Assembly (NCBI GenBank): GCA_003224695.1
Contig: QHZO01000217.1
Span: forward strand, 1 to 43,940
Direction: 5' to 3'
Length of the DNA stretch: 43,940 nucleotides
DNA from: Acidobacteriota bacterium
GTDB lineage: Bacteria; Acidobacteriota; Terriglobia; UBA7540
In this document: one piece after another, positions 34,349 to 43,066 of the stretch
Layout: every line of letters begins with the position of its first letter
Numbering within the stretch: the stretch's first letter is position 1
Notes under the pieces: generated by a model
Database searches by the model: none
Seen by the model: the letters and a program-made list of their open reading frames with translations, nothing else
Told to the model about the DNA's origin: nothing
Made by a program: the position numbers and the translations under genes

Positions 34349-36064
34349 ATGAATCCTTCGATCCTTGCGCCCGCGATGCTCGCTGAGTCCGGCGGGATGG
34401 TTTCTCTCCACCCCGTGGACCTCGCCATTGTGACCGTTTATTTCGTGATGGTCCTCGGCATCGGTTTTTACCTGAAAAAATACACGAAGAGCGGCGAGGA
34501 CTTTTTTCTCGCCGGGCGCGAGATGACCGCGTGGGTCGCCGGACTCGCCTTTATTTCCGCCAACCTCGGATCGTTGGAACTCATGGGCTGGGCCGCCAAC
34601 GCTTACCAATACGGCATTCTGGCCGCGCATTGGTATTGGGTGGGCGCCATTCCGGCGATGCTCTTCCTCGGCATCGTGATGATACCGTTTTATTACATCT
34701 CGAAAACCCACTCGGTTCCCGGCTATCTCGAGCTGCGCTACGGCCACGCCACGAGCGGCCTGAGCGCCATCACCTTCGCCGTGATGACGATCCTGATGTC
34801 CGGTGTCAACATGTATGCGATGGCGGTGGTGATGCAGGTCATCCTGGGGTGGAACATTCACTTCAGCATCTGGGTTTCATCGCTGACGGTGGGCGTCTAC
34901 GTCGCGCTCGGAGGGCTTTATTCGGCCATCTTCAACGAGGTGGTCCAATTCTTCCTGATCTGGCTGGGGGCGCTGCTGGTTCCGATCCTGGGGCTGGTGG
35001 AGGCCGGGGGCTGGTCGGGAATGGTCGCGCGCATCAAGGAGAATTTTCCAGGAGAAGATTTCACCCACATGTGGGGGCCGATGCTTCACCCTTCACAGAA
35101 CCCCATGGGCGTGCAGTGGGTGGCCATCGTTTTCGGCCTCGGCGCCGTGCTTTCGATGGGGTACTGGACGACGGACTTTCTGGTGGTGCAGCGCGTCCTC
35201 GCGGCCAAGGATATTCGCGCGGCAAAAACGGCGCCCATCATCGGCGCGTTCTTCAAGATGGCCGTGCCGTTCATCGTGATTCTGCCCGGCTTGCTGGGCT
35301 TGGCGGTGCTTCCTTTCCATCTTTATCCTGCCAACGTGGCGACAGCCGGGCAGCACGACTATAACCAAGTGCTGCCGCTGATGATGGCGCGGTATCTGGG
35401 CCCCGGCTTGCTGGGCCTGGGCATCACAGCGCTCATCGCGGGATTCATGTCGGGCATGGCCGGCAACGTCAGCGCCTTCGCCACCGTGTGGACGTACGAC
35501 CTCTACCGACCTTTCATGAAGAAGAACGCCACTGACGCGCACTATCTCGTCATGGGCCGCTGGTGCACGATCATCGGTGTTATCGTCAGCATCAGCGCGG
35601 CGTACATCGTGAACCGTTTCGGAAGCCTGATGGATTACGTCCAGGCGCTCTTCAGCTTTTTCATCGCTCCGCTGTTCGGCACCGTCATCATCGGAATGCT
35701 CTGGAAGCGCGCCACCAAAGCGGCGGGCTTCTGGGGGCTGCTGGCGGGCATTTCGACCGCCATCGGCATCTTCGTGATCATCCGCGAACATCCGAGCAGC
35801 GTGGCATGGTTCTGCTTCTATGCCGGGGCCAAGCCCCTCGCGCAACAGATGTGGCAGGCGCTCTGGGCATTCGTCATGGTCGTGGCCGTTTCCGTGATCG
35901 TCACGGCGGCAACAGAACCGCGGCCGGAGGGCGAGTTGCGCGGCCTCGTCATGGGCCTGACAGAAGTTCCGAGCGAAGGCCATCTGCCGCTCGTCCAGCG
36001 GCCGATCTTTTGGGCCGGCATTTGCTTCGGTATATTTCTAGTCCTCCAGTGGATTTTCCGATGA
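34349..36064 (+). CDS. Sodium:solute symporter family (SSS/SGLT-like) transporter
   Basis: About 13-14 TM helices. DFFLAGREMTAWVAGLAFISANLGSLELMG...GYLELRYG is a typical SSS N-terminal signature. Confidence 0.92.
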   Translation: MNPSILAPAMLAESGGMVSLHPVDLAIVTVYFVMVLGIGFYLKKYTKSGEDFFLAGREMTAWVAGLAFISANLGSLELMGWAANAYQYGILAAHWYWVGAIPAMLFLGIVMIPFYYISKTHSVPGYLELRYGHATSGLSAITFAVMTILMSGVNMYAMAVVMQVILGWNIHFSIWVSSLTVGVYVALGGLYSAIFNEVVQFFLIWLGALLVPILGLVEAGGWSGMVARIKENFPGEDFTHMWGPMLHPSQNPMGVQWVAIVFGLGAVLSMGYWTTDFLVVQRVLAAKDIRAAKTAPIIGAFFKMAVPFIVILPGLLGLAVLPFHLYPANVATAGQHDYNQVLPLMMARYLGPGLLGLGITALIAGFMSGMAGNVSAFATVWTYDLYRPFMKKNATDAHYLVMGRWCTIIGVIVSISAAYIVNRFGSLMDYVQALFSFFIAPLFGTVIIGMLWKRATKAAGFWGLLAGISTAIGIFVIIREHPSSVAWFCFYAGAKPLAQQMWQALWAFVMVVAVSVIVTAATEPRPEGELRGLVMGLTEVPSEGHLPLVQRPIFWAGICFGIFLVLQWIFR

Positions 36065-36066
36065 AA

Positions 36067-36162
36067 GAGTCGAAGGTCGAGAGTCGAAAGCCGGTGGTTA
36101 AGACCTTGGACTCTCGACCTTAGACCATCGACACTGAGGCCTGATAGCTGAGGGCTGACAAC
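36067..36162. repeat. Heptad-array hairpin plus a one-armed array at the 3' end of the symporter gene
   Basis: GAGTCGA AGGTCGA GAGTCGA (36067-36087) pairs with TGGACTC TCGACCT TAGACCA TCGACAC (36107-36134). It is followed by TGAGGCC TGATAGC TGAGGGC TGACAAC (36135-36162). Confidence 0.85.
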
Positions 36163-36164
36163 TT

Positions 36165-36449
36165 ATGGAAACCGAACCGCGAGGGGATCGAAACCGAGGA
36201 GGTGGGCGCCAAGTCGTCGCGGACGTCGAGGAACCGGCGCACCGCGAGCACCACATTATTCCCGTGTGGTTTTTTATCGGCGTCCAACTGCTCATCTATG
36301 GGATCTTGATTTTCTTTAGCGGCCTCTCTGAATTTTCCCATCCGCCGGATACTGTCCTCTCGAACCTCCATGCCCCCATTTGGTGGGGCGCGCTGCTGGT
36401 CGCCATCGGCGGAATCTACGTTTATCTTTTCCGTCCTGGAAGGAAGTGA
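36165..36449 (+). CDS. Small two-TM membrane protein (start uncertain)
   Basis: HHIIPVWFFIGVQLLIYGILIFFSGL...APIWWGALLVAIGGIYVYLF forms two hydrophobic helices. The N-terminal roughly 25 codons are Arg/Gly-rich and may not be translated. Confidence 0.5.
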   Translation: METEPRGDRNRGGGRQVVADVEEPAHREHHIIPVWFFIGVQLLIYGILIFFSGLSEFSHPPDTVLSNLHAPIWWGALLVAIGGIYVYLFRPGRK

Positions 36450-36516
36450 ACGGGACCGCTCTGGTCCAATGGCACGACCCTAAACATTCAGATCCCTGGT
36501 TAGGTTGCTGAAATTT

Positions 36517-36635
36517 GTAGGGGCGCGCGGCGCGCGCCCCTAGACGCGGACGGCAAGGGGGCGGACGCTGTGCGCCGCCAGAGGGGGGCGAACGCCGTTC
36601 GCGGACAGACTGGGGCGAACGCCGTTCGCCCCTAC
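36517..36635. repeat. Cluster of REP-like palindromes between convergent genes
   Basis: GTAGGGGCGCGCggCGCGCGCCCCTA, then GGGGGCGGACGCTGTGCGCCGCC, then two direct copies of GGGGCGAACGCCGTTCGC, the last ending CCCCTAC. The final CTA (36632-36634) is the TAG stop of the minus-strand membrane-protein gene. Confidence 0.85.
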
Positions 36636-38145
36636 TGATGCGGGCACGGAAGGTTCGTAAGCATCGGCTGGTTTTCGCGAACGATTCTTCGCGCCTCGGA
36701 GCGCGAGGCGTTCCAGGATCGCCAGTCAGCCGATTCCGAGCCTGCCTGCGCAGGCAGGCCGGACCAACGCGCGAGCAGCCGCTCGCGTATGAGGCAGCGG
36801 TCGCCTGCCGCAAGATCGGGCAGAGCGGCCACGAGCGGCGGGACGGCATCCGCGCCGAGCGACGCCGCGTAGCGCGCGTCAAAGCGCTGGCCTGTGCGCG
36901 CCCGAGCGGTGTTGATGTTGGCGATCAGTGCATTCGGGTTGATGAGGTGCAACACCACAACGAGCACGTAGCCTGCAACCAGTGCCCCACCCGCAAAGCG
37001 CTGGCGCCGACCACTTAGGACCGTCAGAGCAAACCAAATCAGAACCGCCGCGAGCCATGCCATAAAAGCCGTCGTGTAAAGGCGCAGCTCGGTCATTCCG
37101 TATTCGAATTGATAAAGCCGCATCCGCTCGAGCGCCGAGAGCATTACGACAAAGACAAGGGCGAGCAATACTCCCGCAAGTATGCGGAAAAGCCGCCCAT
37201 GGCGCGAAGAGTTCTTGGCGGACAACCAGTGGCAGCCGAGCAACAGCGGCAGCACCAGCGCCGAAGCGGTGACGAGCTCGAAGAACCCGCGCCGCGCGTA
37301 TTCGGCGAACGTCAGGCCCGTCGTCGCCTGGACGAGCCCGGCTCCGCCGAAGAAGTAACGAAATTGGACGATCACGAAGGCGAGAAAAGTCAGGTTGACG
37401 GCTCCCAGCATCATGCCCAGTTCGACGGCGCCGAGCGTTATTTGCGGCGGTTGGATCTTCGCAGTCCAAGAGAGCTCATTTCCAATCAGCAGGCCTCTGA
37501 GGAGTCCGGCTGACGTCCAGGCGAAAAAACCGAGAAGGAAGACATGCGAGAGAAGTGTAAGGAGGTTGAAGCGGAAGATATTCCGGAGGAACGCCGCAAA
37601 CACCGCGTCGGCGCTCGCTAAGAGCAGGGCGAAGACGATCACCGGCGGAACGGCCAAAAGCAACCCTCGCGCGGCGGCCGGCGCCCTCCCTCGCCACCGA
37701 CCGGGCAACATGCCTTCCCAACGCCCAGGAAAGCATTGAAAGTCGCGATGACGGCGCCCAAGGCGAAGTGGATTAAGCCGCCGGCGAAGATTTGCCCCCC
37801 TTGAGCCCTGAAGACGGCGAGCGACGCTGTCACCCACAGCGCGAACAGGTCGAGCATGGCGAGCGGCTGCGAGTCCCGCCAGATGAAATCCGCGGCGAAT
37901 AGCAGGCTTGGCAGGAGCAGCCAAAATCCGCCTTTTGTCCAAAGCTCCGCCTTGCCGCATCCCATCCAGACGACGAAGACGACGAGTGCCGAAACCCATA
38001 ATGATACGTTCAGTCCCCAAGGCAGCGCTCGCAGCAAGGCATCGGCCAATATGCCCAGAATGACCGGCGCGGCCAGCAACCCCCATTTGTCCCGAGCTCC
38101 ATCTACCACGGTAGTCGCTCCTCTGCAAATTGGCTGTAGGGGCAC
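36632..38145 (-). CDS. Polytopic membrane protein (DUF4153/DUF4173-like by memory), apparent 1-nt frameshift near 37720
   Basis: The N-terminal part is in track ORF 37639..38145 (..GGLIHFALGAVIATFNAFLG). The continuation WEGMLPGRW...LLLAVPPVIVFALLLASADAVF...IVQFRYFFGG... is in track ORF 36632..38128. The two frames differ by one missing base. Confidence 0.75.
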
Positions 38146-38192
38146 CCCTTGTGGGTGCCCCTGGAAAGGGCGGGGATAAACCCCGCCCCTAC
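38136..38192. repeat. REP-like doublet GTAGGGGCACCCcttgtGGGTGCCCCTGG + GGGCGGGGataaaCCCCGCCCCTAC
   Basis: The terminal CTA (38189-38191) is the TAG stop of the 75-aa gene. Confidence 0.85.
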
Positions 38193-38416
38193 GATGCTTT
38201 GAACGAAGTCTTCGATGCTATCCAATTGAGGATTCCGAAGGCTGGAACCCAGTATGGAAAAATGCCGTAGAGCGTGTCCGAAACGGAGTGTGAATGACGG
38301 TCTACGGCCAGAAATACGTTCACCGCGAAGGCGAGCGTCAGCGCCACGGCGATCCAGCCGGGCAAAGCCGCCGGGCGGTAAATCCAGCCCCATACTCGAA
38401 ACCATTCGTTCTTCAT
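38189..38416 (-). CDS. Small membrane protein (75 aa)
   Basis: A strong RBS (CCAGGAGGAAATTAG) precedes the ATG. There are two hydrophobic segments (PGWIAVALTLAFAVNVFLAV, FPYWVPAFGILNWIA). Confidence 0.7.
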   Translation of the reverse strand: MKNEWFRVWGWIYRPAALPGWIAVALTLAFAVNVFLAVDRHSHSVSDTLYGIFPYWVPAFGILNWIASKTSFKAS

Positions 38417-38429
38417 CTAATTTCCTCCT

Positions 38430-38508
38430 GGATTCCCGCTTTCGCGGGAATGACGACATCATGGGAATTGAAACCACTAATAAGTCATTCCCGCGAAAGC
38501 GGGAATCC
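38430..38508. repeat. Perfect 25-bp inverted repeat GGATTCCCGCTTTCGCGGGAATGAC (GTCATTCCCGCGAAAGCGGGAATCC type)
   Basis: 38430-38454 is the exact reverse complement of 38484-38508, with a 29-nt spacer. Each arm contains its own hairpin (CCCGC tttc GCGGG). Confidence 0.9.
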
Positions 38509-38530
38509 ATCGGTCAGACCACATTGAAGG

Positions 38531-39265
38531 TCAAGTGGCCGCCAATTCCGGAATTCGGCCGAAGCGGCGCTCGCGCCGGCGGAAATCGTCGAGCGCCAGG
38601 GCGAGGTCGGAGGCGTCAAAGTCCGGCCACATCCGGTCTGTAAAGTAAAGTTCCGCGTGGGCCGCTTCCCAAAGCGGGAGGTCGCTCAGGCGGCGCTCTC
38701 CGCCCGTCCGAATCAAGAGGTCAATATTAACCGACGCTGCCGGCGCGTGGCTCGCGCCAGCAAGAAGGCGTGAGAACTCTTCCGCGGTGACCGGCGAGCC
38801 ATCGCCAACGCGCTCGGCCGCTCGCAGGATGGCCTGCCGGCCCGAATAGTCAATCGCGAGCCGCAGGTCCATCGCCCGGCCTGCCGCGGTCAATTCTTCG
38901 ACGTGCTCGATTGCTTCAACAAGCGAATGCGGCAAGCGGTCTCGCCGGCCAATCACGCTCAACCGGATGGCTGCAGCGCGAAGCCAATCGGTTTCTTCCC
39001 GGAGAAAATCCTCGAAAAGTTCAAGCAGTGTCGCGACTTCGCCAGGCGCGCGTTGCCAATTGTCTTCCGAGAAAGCGAACAACGTCAGCACGCCGACGCC
39101 CAAACTCCGGGCCGCCGCGATCGAGCGATGGACCGCCAGCGCTCCGGCGCGGTGGCCCTCCAGGCGGGCCAGGCCCTGCCGCCTCGCCCAGCGGCCGTTG
39201 CCGTCCATGATGATGCCGACGTGGAGGTCCTGGAGATCTGGATTCCGCGAAGAGCTTTGTTCCAT
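38531..39265 (-). CDS. uppS: Isoprenyl transferase (undecaprenyl diphosphate synthase family)
   Basis: HVGIIMDGNGRWARRQG, FAFSEDNWQR, IDYSGR, LLIRTGGERRLSDLPLWEAAHAELYF and RRERRFG. Confidence 0.93.
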   Translation of the reverse strand: MEQSSSRNPDLQDLHVGIIMDGNGRWARRQGLARLEGHRAGALAVHRSIAAARSLGVGVLTLFAFSEDNWQRAPGEVATLLELFEDFLREETDWLRAAAIRLSVIGRRDRLPHSLVEAIEHVEELTAAGRAMDLRLAIDYSGRQAILRAAERVGDGSPVTAEEFSRLLAGASHAPAASVNIDLLIRTGGERRLSDLPLWEAAHAELYFTDRMWPDFDASDLALALDDFRRRERRFGRIPELAAT

Positions 39266-39296
39266 AAAGCACCTGAAGAAAAAATTTTGGCGCGGA

Positions 39297-39692
39297 CTAC
39301 CTTTCCCTCGTCACCCGGATGAGCGCTTCCATTTGATCCAGATATCGCTCGAGCGCCCGCCGGCCGGCGCCCGCGAGGCGAAATTCCGTCTTGGGCAGGC
39401 GCCCGTCGAAATATTTCACGCAAGTGATGTACTGGGCGTCCTCGAGCTTGCGCGCGTGAACGCTCAGGTTGCCATCCGTGGTGCGCAACAGGTTTTTCAA
39501 CTCGTTGAACGTTAGCGAATCGTTGACCGCGAGAGCGCTGAGGATGCCCAGGCGCATCCGCTCGTGAATCAGGCGGTCAAACTCCAAGGGTTTCCGTTCG
39601 AGCCACCGGGAAAGCACGCTGCGTACTCCTTTCGCGTCGCCTTTGTATCCGCTCTCGGGCGCTCGAACCGTCACTCGTTGCTTAGCCACCAT
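39297..39692 (-). CDS. Winged-helix transcriptional regulator
   Basis: [77 protein letters not shown]. The preferred start MVAKQ at 39692 overlaps the upstream gene's stop by 11 nt. Confidence 0.85.
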   Translation of the reverse strand: MVAKQRVTVRAPESGYKGDAKGVRSVLSRWLERKPLEFDRLIHERMRLGILSALAVNDSLTFNELKNLLRTTDGNLSVHARKLEDAQYITCVKYFDGRLPKTEFRLAGAGRRALERYLDQMEALIRVTRER

Positions 39693-40332
39693 ACCTCTTC
39701 GCAATGACCCCTCCGAAGACGATGTGCAGGCCGCCGAAGCCGGCTCCCAAGAACCCATTCTGCCAGCCGGCGGGCGAGAAAAGCGCTGCCGCGCCAAGCA
39801 GCATGAAGCAGAGGCCCATCACCGGCACGATCCGCACCGAAAAAGCGCCGCCCGCGACCACTCCGGCACCGTAAAGCAGCAGCCACATGCCGGGCAGGAA
39901 GCTTTCGAGGCCCGCCTGGTAGAGGACCAACGTCAAGAGCGCGCCGGCCACGAGCGGAGGCGAAAGACTCAGCGCAAACTTGCGCGATGGGCCGGAGAAT
40001 AGCCTCAGGTTTGCGGCTCGCGACTTCCGCGCCACGGCCAGACTCCCAATGACAATGGCGGCGGCTGCTTCCACCAGCCAAACGGCGAGCCACCCGCGCG
40101 GGGCCGATTCCCGTGCCGCCAAGACAGATGCCGCCACCGCCGTCAGACCAATCAGCACGCCGCCCCAGCCGGGGACAGCGGTAAACGCCGAGGAGCGCTC
40201 CATGGTCTCGCGGATAAAGCGCAGGTTCTCCATGGCGTGGGGGTCCACGGCGGGAGATAGAATCGCGCGCGGGGAGTGAGGCGATCGCGTATCCATACTT
40301 GCCAATCTACCGTTTTCTTCAAGCCCTGTCAA
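39682..40332 (-). CDS. Membrane protein co-transcribed with the winged-helix regulator (start uncertain)
   Basis: About 5 TM helices follow [30 protein letters not shown]. It overlaps the downstream regulator gene. Confidence 0.75.
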   Translation of the reverse strand: MTGLEENGRLASMDTRSPHSPRAILSPAVDPHAMENLRFIRETMERSSAFTAVPGWGGVLIGLTAVAASVLAARESAPRGWLAVWLVEAAAAIVIGSLAVARKSRAANLRLFSGPSRKFALSLSPPLVAGALLTLVLYQAGLESFLPGMWLLLYGAGVVAGGAFSVRIVPVMGLCFMLLGAAALFSPAGWQNGFLGAGFGGLHIVFGGVIAKRYGG

Positions 40333-40576
40333 GTACTTTATGTGATAAAGTTATGCGCCCGCGATCTTTCTCGCCCCGTCGTTGTGAATCCGGCTCCGAG
40401 CCCGGCGGGCCGCAGGGACGCCCTCGGGGCCCGGTGTTGTCCTAATTCTGTGTTCCTGGGGGCTGCTCTTGAAAGTCCCTGATTTGCTCGCCAGTTAACG
40501 GCACCTCCGTGGTGGCACTCCCGTAGCATTGCTGATTGCACGGCTTGGGAATACGATTCATACAGAGGATCGGAAA

Positions 40577-40729
40577 ATGATGCCCTTCCCTGACGCCTAT
40601 AGTATCGAGCTGCTCGGCACCATCGTCGTGGTATTTGTGCTGGTGGACCTCTTATGGGCCCTTGGTCGGAGAGGTCGGAATCGGCACCGAAAGAGGGAAC
40701 GGCCCACGTCGCGCGGCGGCAGGATGTGA
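40577..40729 (+). CDS. Possible small single-TM protein with a basic tail (weak call)
   Basis: An AGAGGA RBS precedes an ATGATG start. MMPFPDAYSIELLGTIVVVFVLVDLLWALGRRGRNRHRKRERP. There is no other support. Confidence 0.3.
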   Translation: MMPFPDAYSIELLGTIVVVFVLVDLLWALGRRGRNRHRKRERPTSRGGRM

Positions 40730-40956
40730 CGCGCCGTTTTTGCCCCTAGAAAATCGAATTAGGACACTGCCCGGGGCCCGCTTCGATTGAAGCGCTGTCA
40801 AAGCTTGTGTTAGGATGCGGGTTTCATTCGCGTCTGAAATTCTCCGCAGGGAGAGCACCTCTCGCGCAATCCGGCCGGGCGAATCCGAACGGGGCGTCGG
40901 ACGGCGGAGCGATGTCACCCGTCAGCCGACGGGCAGGTCCTTCGAAGGAGCTTTGG

Positions 40957-43059
40957 GTGAAAATTTACGACGGCACCAACCTTCGCAACGTCGCACTTGT
41001 CGGCCACGGCCACACGGGCAAGACGCAATTAGTTTCGGCGCTGCTCTTCACGGCCGGCATGGTCAACCGGCTCGGGAAAGTGGACGAGGGGACCTCCGTA
41101 ACCGATTACGACGAGGAAGAGATTCAGCGCAAGGTCTCGATCAGCGTGGCGCTCGCCCACGCCGAGTGGGGCAAATCCAAAATCAATTTCATTGATACGC
41201 CCGGGTACAACATCTTCTTTCACGAGACGGAAGGCGCGGTGGTGGCGGCCGACGCCGCCCTGCTTTTGATCCACGGCGTGGCGGGAATGGAAGTGCAAAC
41301 GGAAAAGGCCTGGAAACTCGCGGATAAGCACGGCCTGCCGTGCGCGTTGGTGATCAATCAGTTGGACCGCGACCGGGCAAGCTTCGAGCGCTCGCTCGAA
41401 GCCGCCAAGTCGGCCTTCGGACGCGGCGTCGTCCCTGTCGTCTTGCCCTTGGGAGAGGAAAGGAACTTCAAGGGTGTCGTGGACCTGGTCAGGATGAAAG
41501 CCTGCCTTTACGACGCCCATGGTTCCGGCAAGGCCAAGGAAGCCGAGATTCCGGCGGAGCTTCGCGCCGCGGCCGATGAGGCGCACGAAGCGCTGGTCGA
41601 AATGGTGGCGGAAGGCAACGACAAGTTGCTGGAGGAATTCTTCGAGAAGGGCACCATCCCGCTCGACGACCTGGTGCCGGGCCTCCGGCAGGCGGTCCTC
41701 GATCGGCGCGTATTTCCGGTGCTGGCCACCTCGGGCCTCTCGAACATAGGGAGCGAGAACCTGCTGAACTTTATAGCGGATGCTTTGCCGTCGCCGGCAG
41801 ACCGCTCGGAGGCGGAGGGATTCGCGAGCGAAGGCGGAGAGCCCGTGAAGCGCCGGATCGCCGACGACCAAGCTCTCTCCGTGTTCGTCTTCAAGACCGT
41901 CGCGGACCCCTTCGCCGGACGCGTCAGCTATTTCCGCGTCATGTCGGGCGTGGTGAAGAATGAGGCGAATTTGGTGAATTTTACGCGAGGCGGCGGGGAG
42001 CGGCTTTCGCACATCGCGGTCGTTCAGGGGAAGACGCAGGTGCCCGTGGCGGAATTGCGCGCCGGGGACCTGGGCGCGGTGGCGAAGCTGAAAGATACGC
42101 TTACCGGCGACACGCTGGGGGACAAAGGCGCTCCCATCATCTATCCCAAGCTCCAACTCGCTGAGCCCGCCATCTCCTTCGCCATCGAGCCGAGGTCGCG
42201 CGGCGACGAGGACAAACTTTCTTCGGCCATTCATCGCATGCTCGAGGAAGACTCGCTGCTGCGCTTCTCGCGCGACGGGCAGACGAAAGAGTTTCTCATC
42301 GCCGGGTCCGGCCAGCAGCACGTCGAGGTCGCGGTCGCCAAGCTCAAGAAGCGCTTCAACGTGGAAGTGACGCTCAAAGCGCCCAAAGTCCCCTACCGCG
42401 AAACCATCCGCGCCAAGGCTGACGCGCAGGGCAAACACAAGAAGCAGACCGGCGGCCACGGGCAGTATGGCGAATGCAAAATCAAGCTGGAGCCGCTCGC
42501 GCGCGGCGCCGGCTTCGAGTTCGTCAACGATATTTTCGGCGGCGCCATTCCCAAGAATTTCATCCCCGCGGTCGAAAAGGGCATTGTCGAGGCCGCGGCC
42601 AGAGGGTATCTCGCGGGCTATCCGGTGGTGGACTTCCGCGTCATTCTCTACGACGGTTCCTACCACGATGTTGATTCCTCGGAGATCGCCTTTAAGCTCG
42701 CCGGCTCGAAAGGTTTCAAGGCGTGCATGGAGCAGGCGAAGCCGTGTTTGCTCGAGCCGATTATGAACGTGGAGATCACGGTGCCGGAGACAAACTCCGG
42801 CGACATCATGGGGAACCTCAACGGCCGCCGCGGGCGCATCCAGGGCATGGACAATAAGAGTGGCTCTGCGATTGTCAAAGCCCAGGTGCCGCTCTCCGAG
42901 ATGCTGACGTACGCCTCCGACCTGACCTCCATGACCCAGGGTCGGGGAACGTACTCGATGGAGTTTTCCCACTACGACATCGTGCCGCAACACATCGCAG
43001 ACAAGATTGTCGGCGCCTCGAAGGCCGCCGGGGTGGGCAAGGAAGAAGAAGAGGAATAG
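40957..43059 (+). CDS. fusA: Elongation factor G family GTPase (EF-G paralog type)
   Basis: A GTG start at 40957 lies 6 nt after GAAGGAG. G motifs: NVALVGHGHTGKT, DTPGY, NQLD. EF-G domains II-V are recognisable (..GDLGAVAKL.., ..KKQTGGHGQYG.., ..YHDVDSSE..). Confidence 0.93.
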   Translation: MKIYDGTNLRNVALVGHGHTGKTQLVSALLFTAGMVNRLGKVDEGTSVTDYDEEEIQRKVSISVALAHAEWGKSKINFIDTPGYNIFFHETEGAVVAADAALLLIHGVAGMEVQTEKAWKLADKHGLPCALVINQLDRDRASFERSLEAAKSAFGRGVVPVVLPLGEERNFKGVVDLVRMKACLYDAHGSGKAKEAEIPAELRAAADEAHEALVEMVAEGNDKLLEEFFEKGTIPLDDLVPGLRQAVLDRRVFPVLATSGLSNIGSENLLNFIADALPSPADRSEAEGFASEGGEPVKRRIADDQALSVFVFKTVADPFAGRVSYFRVMSGVVKNEANLVNFTRGGGERLSHIAVVQGKTQVPVAELRAGDLGAVAKLKDTLTGDTLGDKGAPIIYPKLQLAEPAISFAIEPRSRGDEDKLSSAIHRMLEEDSLLRFSRDGQTKEFLIAGSGQQHVEVAVAKLKKRFNVEVTLKAPKVPYRETIRAKADAQGKHKKQTGGHGQYGECKIKLEPLARGAGFEFVNDIFGGAIPKNFIPAVEKGIVEAAARGYLAGYPVVDFRVILYDGSYHDVDSSEIAFKLAGSKGFKACMEQAKPCLLEPIMNVEITVPETNSGDIMGNLNGRRGRIQGMDNKSGSAIVKAQVPLSEMLTYASDLTSMTQGRGTYSMEFSHYDIVPQHIADKIVGASKAAGVGKEEEEE

Positions 43060-43066
43060 GCGGGCT

